39,378 nucleotides of DNA from a virus (taxonomy: Duplodnaviria > Caudoviricetes), in the IMG/VR virus record IMGVR_UViG_3300025835_000012, positions 1 through 39,378 of that record, one strand, 5' to 3'. Below are positions 36,648 through 39,378 of this stretch, one piece after another. The first letter of the stretch is position 1; every line of letters starts with the position of its first letter. The notes below the pieces were generated by a model. It was given only the letters and a program-made list of their open reading frames with translations. It searched no databases and was not told the DNA's origin. A program made the translations under genes and the position numbers.

Positions 36648-37144
36648 TTTTTGAAGTTGATACGAGATTGTAAGTCCTCGTTTTCTGCTTTGAGCTCTTC
36701 GTTCTCTATTGCAAGGACGCGGATCGTGCGAAAGTTAGACATGACGGTAAGTACCAGCATCTCCTTGAACTCTTCTCCTACTTTATCGATGAGGTTGGTG
36801 ACGTACTCTTCCATGAGTATCTCGTCAATCTCTGCGATTTGAGCCTTGGCTATCTTTGTTTTTTCTTTGTCGCGGATATGTTTCTTAATGAAGTTTGCAA
36901 GATGGATACGTCGCCCCACGAGCTTGCTATCTTTGGCGTTGCATACTGCATGGAGATACTCGTGGAACGCCCTGTATAAGATTATGTAGTTTTCTTGCAA
37001 GTCCGGACCAGAAAACAAGCGAGGCACCACGTGGTGAGCAGCTAGATCGTGGCGTTTCCCTGTGATCTCACATTGTGGCGTAGGCATTTGTTCTAGCTTC
37101 TTTTCCCGTTCCTCTCGGTGTTGTTTCCCGTATCCATTCCTCAT
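36644..37144 (-). CDS. HNH endonuclease-like protein with a C-terminal coiled coil
   Basis: CEITG...HHVVPR..GP...NYI.L...H..LH; ATGA overlap with rusA. Confidence 0.7.
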   Translation of the reverse strand: MRNGYGKQHREEREKKLEQMPTPQCEITGKRHDLAAHHVVPRLFSGPDLQENYIILYRAFHEYLHAVCNAKDSKLVGRRIHLANFIKKHIRDKEKTKIAKAQIAEIDEILMEEYVTNLIDKVGEEFKEMLVLTVMSNFRTIRVLAIENEELKAENEDLQSRINFKK

Positions 37145-37202
37145 GGTGGTATTGTAAGCAAGTATCGTGAAAATTATCCTCTTACTTGTGGGAAAGGGCT
37201 AG

Positions 37203-37454
37203 TTATTCTGTCGGATTTTTATGGTCAAAAATCACCTCAAATATTTTTTGGTAGTGGTACTGCGCCTCATTCACACGATGCAGGAAGCCGTCCATGATAG
37301 GAAGGAGCTGCGCTATTTTGTTCCGCGTCATGGCAAGGTGGAGTTCCGCTTCGATGGGGATTTTATTGCAGTCGATGTGGTTGAGCTGGTCGTTGGCCTC
37401 GATGAGCCACTGGTGGAGTTCGTTGAGGTGCATAGAGAGTTGGTAAGGAGACAC
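37203..37454 (-). CDS. Hypothetical helical protein (83 aa)
   Basis: GTG start; operon packing; possible paralogue of the upstream gene. Confidence 0.6.
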   Translation of the reverse strand: MSPYQLSMHLNELHQWLIEANDQLNHIDCNKIPIEAELHLAMTRNKIAQLLPIMDGFLHRVNEAQYHYQKIFEVIFDHKNPTE

Positions 37455-37461
37455 AAAAAGT

Positions 37462-37710
37462 CTAGTCCTGCTCGTCGGTCAAATCAACATCCTCCTTGCG
37501 TGGGTAGTTCCCCAGTAAAAACCCTTCATATTCTTCGTAGGCGCTTTCCGCAGCACCCATGATGGACAAGAGAGCGTTGCGATAGTTGCGAAGCGTCTGG
37601 TAGGCAATCACGAAGGAAATTTGCTGTTCAGTGTCCATACCTTCGTAGGTGTGGTCTTCCATGTGGGTGATGGCTTCGTTGGCCCAGAGGTAGTGGTCGG
37701 AAAGGTTCAT
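37462..37710 (-). CDS. Hypothetical helical protein (82 aa)
   Basis: ATG 37710 in an ATGA overlap. Confidence 0.65.
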   Translation of the reverse strand: MNLSDHYLWANEAITHMEDHTYEGMDTEQQISFVIAYQTLRNYRNALLSIMGAAESAYEEYEGFLLGNYPRKEDVDLTDEQD

Positions 37711-37925
37711 TGTTTGGGTGTAAGGATATGAGCGCGGGTCATTTTTGCATACTCCACTGCTTTTTGTTTGCGCCTTGTGCGCATATAAAACTTTTGCTTG
37801 AGCGTGTAGCACGGCTTGCAGTAATTGCCCCGCATGGTGTTTCTCTTAAATAATTGGTCACACACCGTGCAGATGTGGACGGTGCGCAGAAACTCTTTTA
37901 GCTCTGCTTCTGTTTTTGGGAACAT
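37707..37925 (-). CDS. C4 zinc-finger protein with a basic tail
   Basis: CTVC-x12-CKPC followed by a Lys/Arg-rich helix. Confidence 0.7.
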   Translation of the reverse strand: MFPKTEAELKEFLRTVHICTVCDQLFKRNTMRGNYCKPCYTLKQKFYMRTRRKQKAVEYAKMTRAHILTPKQ

Positions 37926-38200
37926 GGGTCACAAATGACATGGGATATTTTTCTTTTGACGTACTCACTCACCCCAGTGTGCATGGACTCAATCCACTTT
38001 TTCATCTCGACAGCATGAGCAAGGCGCTCTGCCTCTTCCTTATCAGGGCACCATGCGCAAATGTGGTGGAGCTTATCATCAGCGTACTGGTACGCCTTGG
38101 GGAGATTGTCGCTCATTCTTGCTAGTGTAGTAATGTAGTGGATATGCTTTGCGTCGTGGACGTGTTCCTCGACGTAGCGGGCGGTTTCGTAGATGTTCAT
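37898..38200 (-). CDS. Hypothetical protein with a split Zn-binding motif
   Basis: CAWC...SHVICDPC. Confidence 0.65.
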   Translation of the reverse strand: MNIYETARYVEEHVHDAKHIHYITTLARMSDNLPKAYQYADDKLHHICAWCPDKEEAERLAHAVEMKKWIESMHTGVSEYVKRKISHVICDPCSQKQKQS

Positions 38201-38535
38201 GTTTTGAATTTACTTTTTTCAGCGAGCCAGTAGTGGTCAAGGTTCAGGTACGGCGAGACGGTCATGCCACGCTCTATGGCGTAGTCATACCACGCAAATA
38301 GGACGTTCTCGGGGATTTCCTCCTCTAGAGCAAGGACAATGTCGTTGATAGAAAAGAAATAGTCGCTTATCTGCCAAACTCCAAGCGTATCACCGCCTAC
38401 AGGAAAAAAGTTGATACTAGCGAAGTCCTCCTCCTCCTCGCAAAAATAGGTCTCAATGAAACGTGTCACGACAAGTAACTCGTCTTCGTAAAAGTCTTCT
38501 AACAGGTCTTTGGTAGGTCTCATATCAGTTCGCAT
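38197..38535 (-). CDS. Hypothetical acidic phage protein
   Basis: W-V/GG...DYFFSINDI...WYDY...NLDHY pattern; ATGA overlap. Confidence 0.65.
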   Translation of the reverse strand: MRTDMRPTKDLLEDFYEDELLVVTRFIETYFCEEEEDFASINFFPVGGDTLGVWQISDYFFSINDIVLALEEEIPENVLFAWYDYAIERGMTVSPYLNLDHYWLAEKSKFKT

Positions 38536-38746
38536 AGTATTTAAGATGGCTCATCCCCTGCCCGCCATTCTTCTTATCCTCCTTCGCTGCAAGCCATTTC
38601 TGGAGATTCATCATCCCTAGCCGCTGCATCTGTTTGTAGATAGTATCTCGGACAATGTTGATTTCTCTTCGTTTGAACGGGTCAACGGCGAGGTTGAGTT
38701 TCTGGAACGCATCGGTGCTGCGTTCTTGGTGGGGTGTTTGATTCAT
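38525..38746 (-). CDS. Hypothetical protein (73 aa)
   Basis: Start reassigned to ACCATG at 38746, downstream of the structured RNA region. Confidence 0.6.
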   Translation of the reverse strand: MNQTPHQERSTDAFQKLNLAVDPFKRREINIVRDTIYKQMQRLGMMNLQKWLAAKEDKKNGGQGMSHLKYYAN

Positions 38747-38770
38747 GGTGTAGTTTGTAATGTAAAGGGA

Positions 38771-38916
38771 GACCGTGGGCACGATTTCACGTGCATTAGG
38801 GCTGTTAGTACCCCATTTTGCCCTCATTTACCTGCCCGCCTCACTTGGGCAGCACCCAGGGATTTCTGATCAATCAAGCGTTTCCCCTTGTGTCCTCCGA
38901 CAACTGGCACACGGTC
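38771..38916 (-). ncRNA. tRNA-like structured RNA B (146 nt)
   Basis: Closing stem GACCGTG/CACGGTC and 3' hairpin GCACG-TGAAAT-CGTGC; internal hairpin CTGCCC/GGGCAG. Confidence 0.55.
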
Positions 38917-38924
38917 ATGTAAGG

Positions 38925-39000
38925 TGGGGAGGGCGTGGATTTCACCATGCTAAGCGTCCTTAGGCGAGACAAGTTTACGGCTTATGTCGCCACCTCCCCA
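38925..39000 (-). ncRNA. tRNA-like cloverleaf RNA A (76 nt, non-canonical)
   Basis: Stem GGGGAGG/CCTCCCC followed by ACC; arms GGCGA...TCGCC, CTAAG-GACG-CTTAG and GCATGG-TGAAAT-CCACGC. Confidence 0.6.
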
Positions 39001-39004
39001 TGTT

Positions 39005-39030
39005 GAGCAGTTTATCGTCGTGCTTAGGAC
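39005..39030 (-). ncRNA. Small H-type pseudoknot motif, copy 2
   Basis: GTC-CTAAGCAC-GAC-GATAAAC-TGCTC. Confidence 0.5.
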
Positions 39031-39037
39031 TCACCAA

Positions 39038-39241
39038 CTAAGCTGTCCAGTGTTTCACTGCCCACATGACAGACTCTTCGAGTTTTGTTTTTGCAAGCGA
39101 CAATTCGCGACTGCCTGCCTGTGTGCTACCATTGTCGTCAACCATAAGCGCAAGCAACACTTCTGCCTGCTCTTTAATCTTGTCGATCCGTTCCTTAGTT
39201 GCCTCGGATAGCTCTTTGTAAACTGGTCTAAATGTACTCAT
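39038..39241 (-). CDS. acb2: Acb2/Tad1-like cyclic-nucleotide sponge (anti-defence), 67 aa
   Basis: YKELSE...I..IK in the first helix and RELSLAKTKLEESVMWAVK in the second match the Acb2/Tad1/Vs.4 helical-hairpin signature; start reassigned to ATG 39241. Confidence 0.7.
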   Translation of the reverse strand: MSTFRPVYKELSEATKERIDKIKEQAEVLLALMVDDNGSTQAGSRELSLAKTKLEESVMWAVKHWTA

Positions 39242-39272
39242 TTTGTAGGAGTAAAAAAAATTAGGTGAGAGT

Positions 39273-39302
39273 GAATAGTTTTTTGTCATACTCAGGACAA
39301 AA
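39273..39302 (-). ncRNA. Small H-type pseudoknot motif, copy 1
   Basis: TTTTGTC-CTGAGTAT-GACAAAA-AAC-TATTC; stem 1 has 7 bp and loop GAGTA pairs with TATTC. Confidence 0.55.
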
Positions 39303-39304
39303 CT

Positions 39305-39378
39305 TTAGCCGTTGCCGTTGCCGTAGCCGTAGCCGTTGCCGTCGCCGTCGCCGTCGCCGTAGCCGTTGCCGTAGCCGT
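39305..39378 (-). CDS. Gly-rich repeat protein, 3' part
   Basis: Reads ...GYGNGYGDGDGDGNGYGYGNGNG-TAA, in frame with 1-82. Confidence 0.75.
   Translation of the reverse strand, partial: GYGNGYGDGDGDGNGYGYGNGNG
39308..39378. repeat. Hexamer microsatellite (GCCGT[A/T/C])n at the right end
   Basis: Directly visible. Confidence 0.95.

Noticed and set aside
36644-37144. HNH gene as an intron-encoded or IS element
   Set aside because: It interrupts no gene, has no intron core or transposase, and is translationally coupled to rusA.
38925-39000. Canonical tRNA gene
   Set aside because: No TTC T-loop, no standard D arm, no 7-nt anticodon loop; kept only as tRNA-like.
1-39378. Alternative genetic code (TGA=Gly or TAG=Gln)
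   Set aside because: Long genes are intact in code 11; TGA occurs in ATGA stop/start overlaps (21889, 36644, 37707, 38197) and TAG stops are followed closely by the next gene.

Overview
The window looks like a complete or nearly complete, circularly permuted 39.4-kb genome of a tailed dsDNA phage with short-tailed (podovirus-like) morphogenesis genes. Both ends fall in the same (GCCGTN)n microsatellite, and joining them gives one in-frame Gly-rich ORF. Back-to-back sigma70-like promoters at 5517-5602 split the genome into two arms. The rightward arm (5629-36308) carries Bet/RecT, an exonuclease, SSB, a replication initiator with iterons, DnaB, TerS/TerL, portal, scaffold, an N4-gp56-type capsid, tail proteins, a LysM-M23 ejection protein, a 2753-aa polyvalent protein and an amidase lysis cassette. 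The leftward arm (5484 to 1, wrapping to 39378-36246) carries small early genes. I found no integrase, DNA polymerase, reverse transcriptase or CRISPR array. The genetic code is 11. Shine-Dalgarno motifs are absent and the 3D domain resembles a CPR subfamily, which hints at a Patescibacteria host (inference only). Best novelty candidates: (1) an early cell-envelope operon at 2852-5484, in which a G_GGA_AAA -1 frameshift would fuse a membrane-anchored coiled coil to a 3D peptidoglycan glycosidase domain, beside a secreted lytic transglycosylase and two HTH proteins with C-terminal membrane anchors; (2) two tandem tRNA-like RNAs and two copies of a small pseudoknot around an Acb2/Tad1-like gene (38771-39302); (3) a switch-like RNA leader before the replication initiator; (4) identical 12-bp junctions between early genes. 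All family calls come from recognising motifs by eye; no searches were run.
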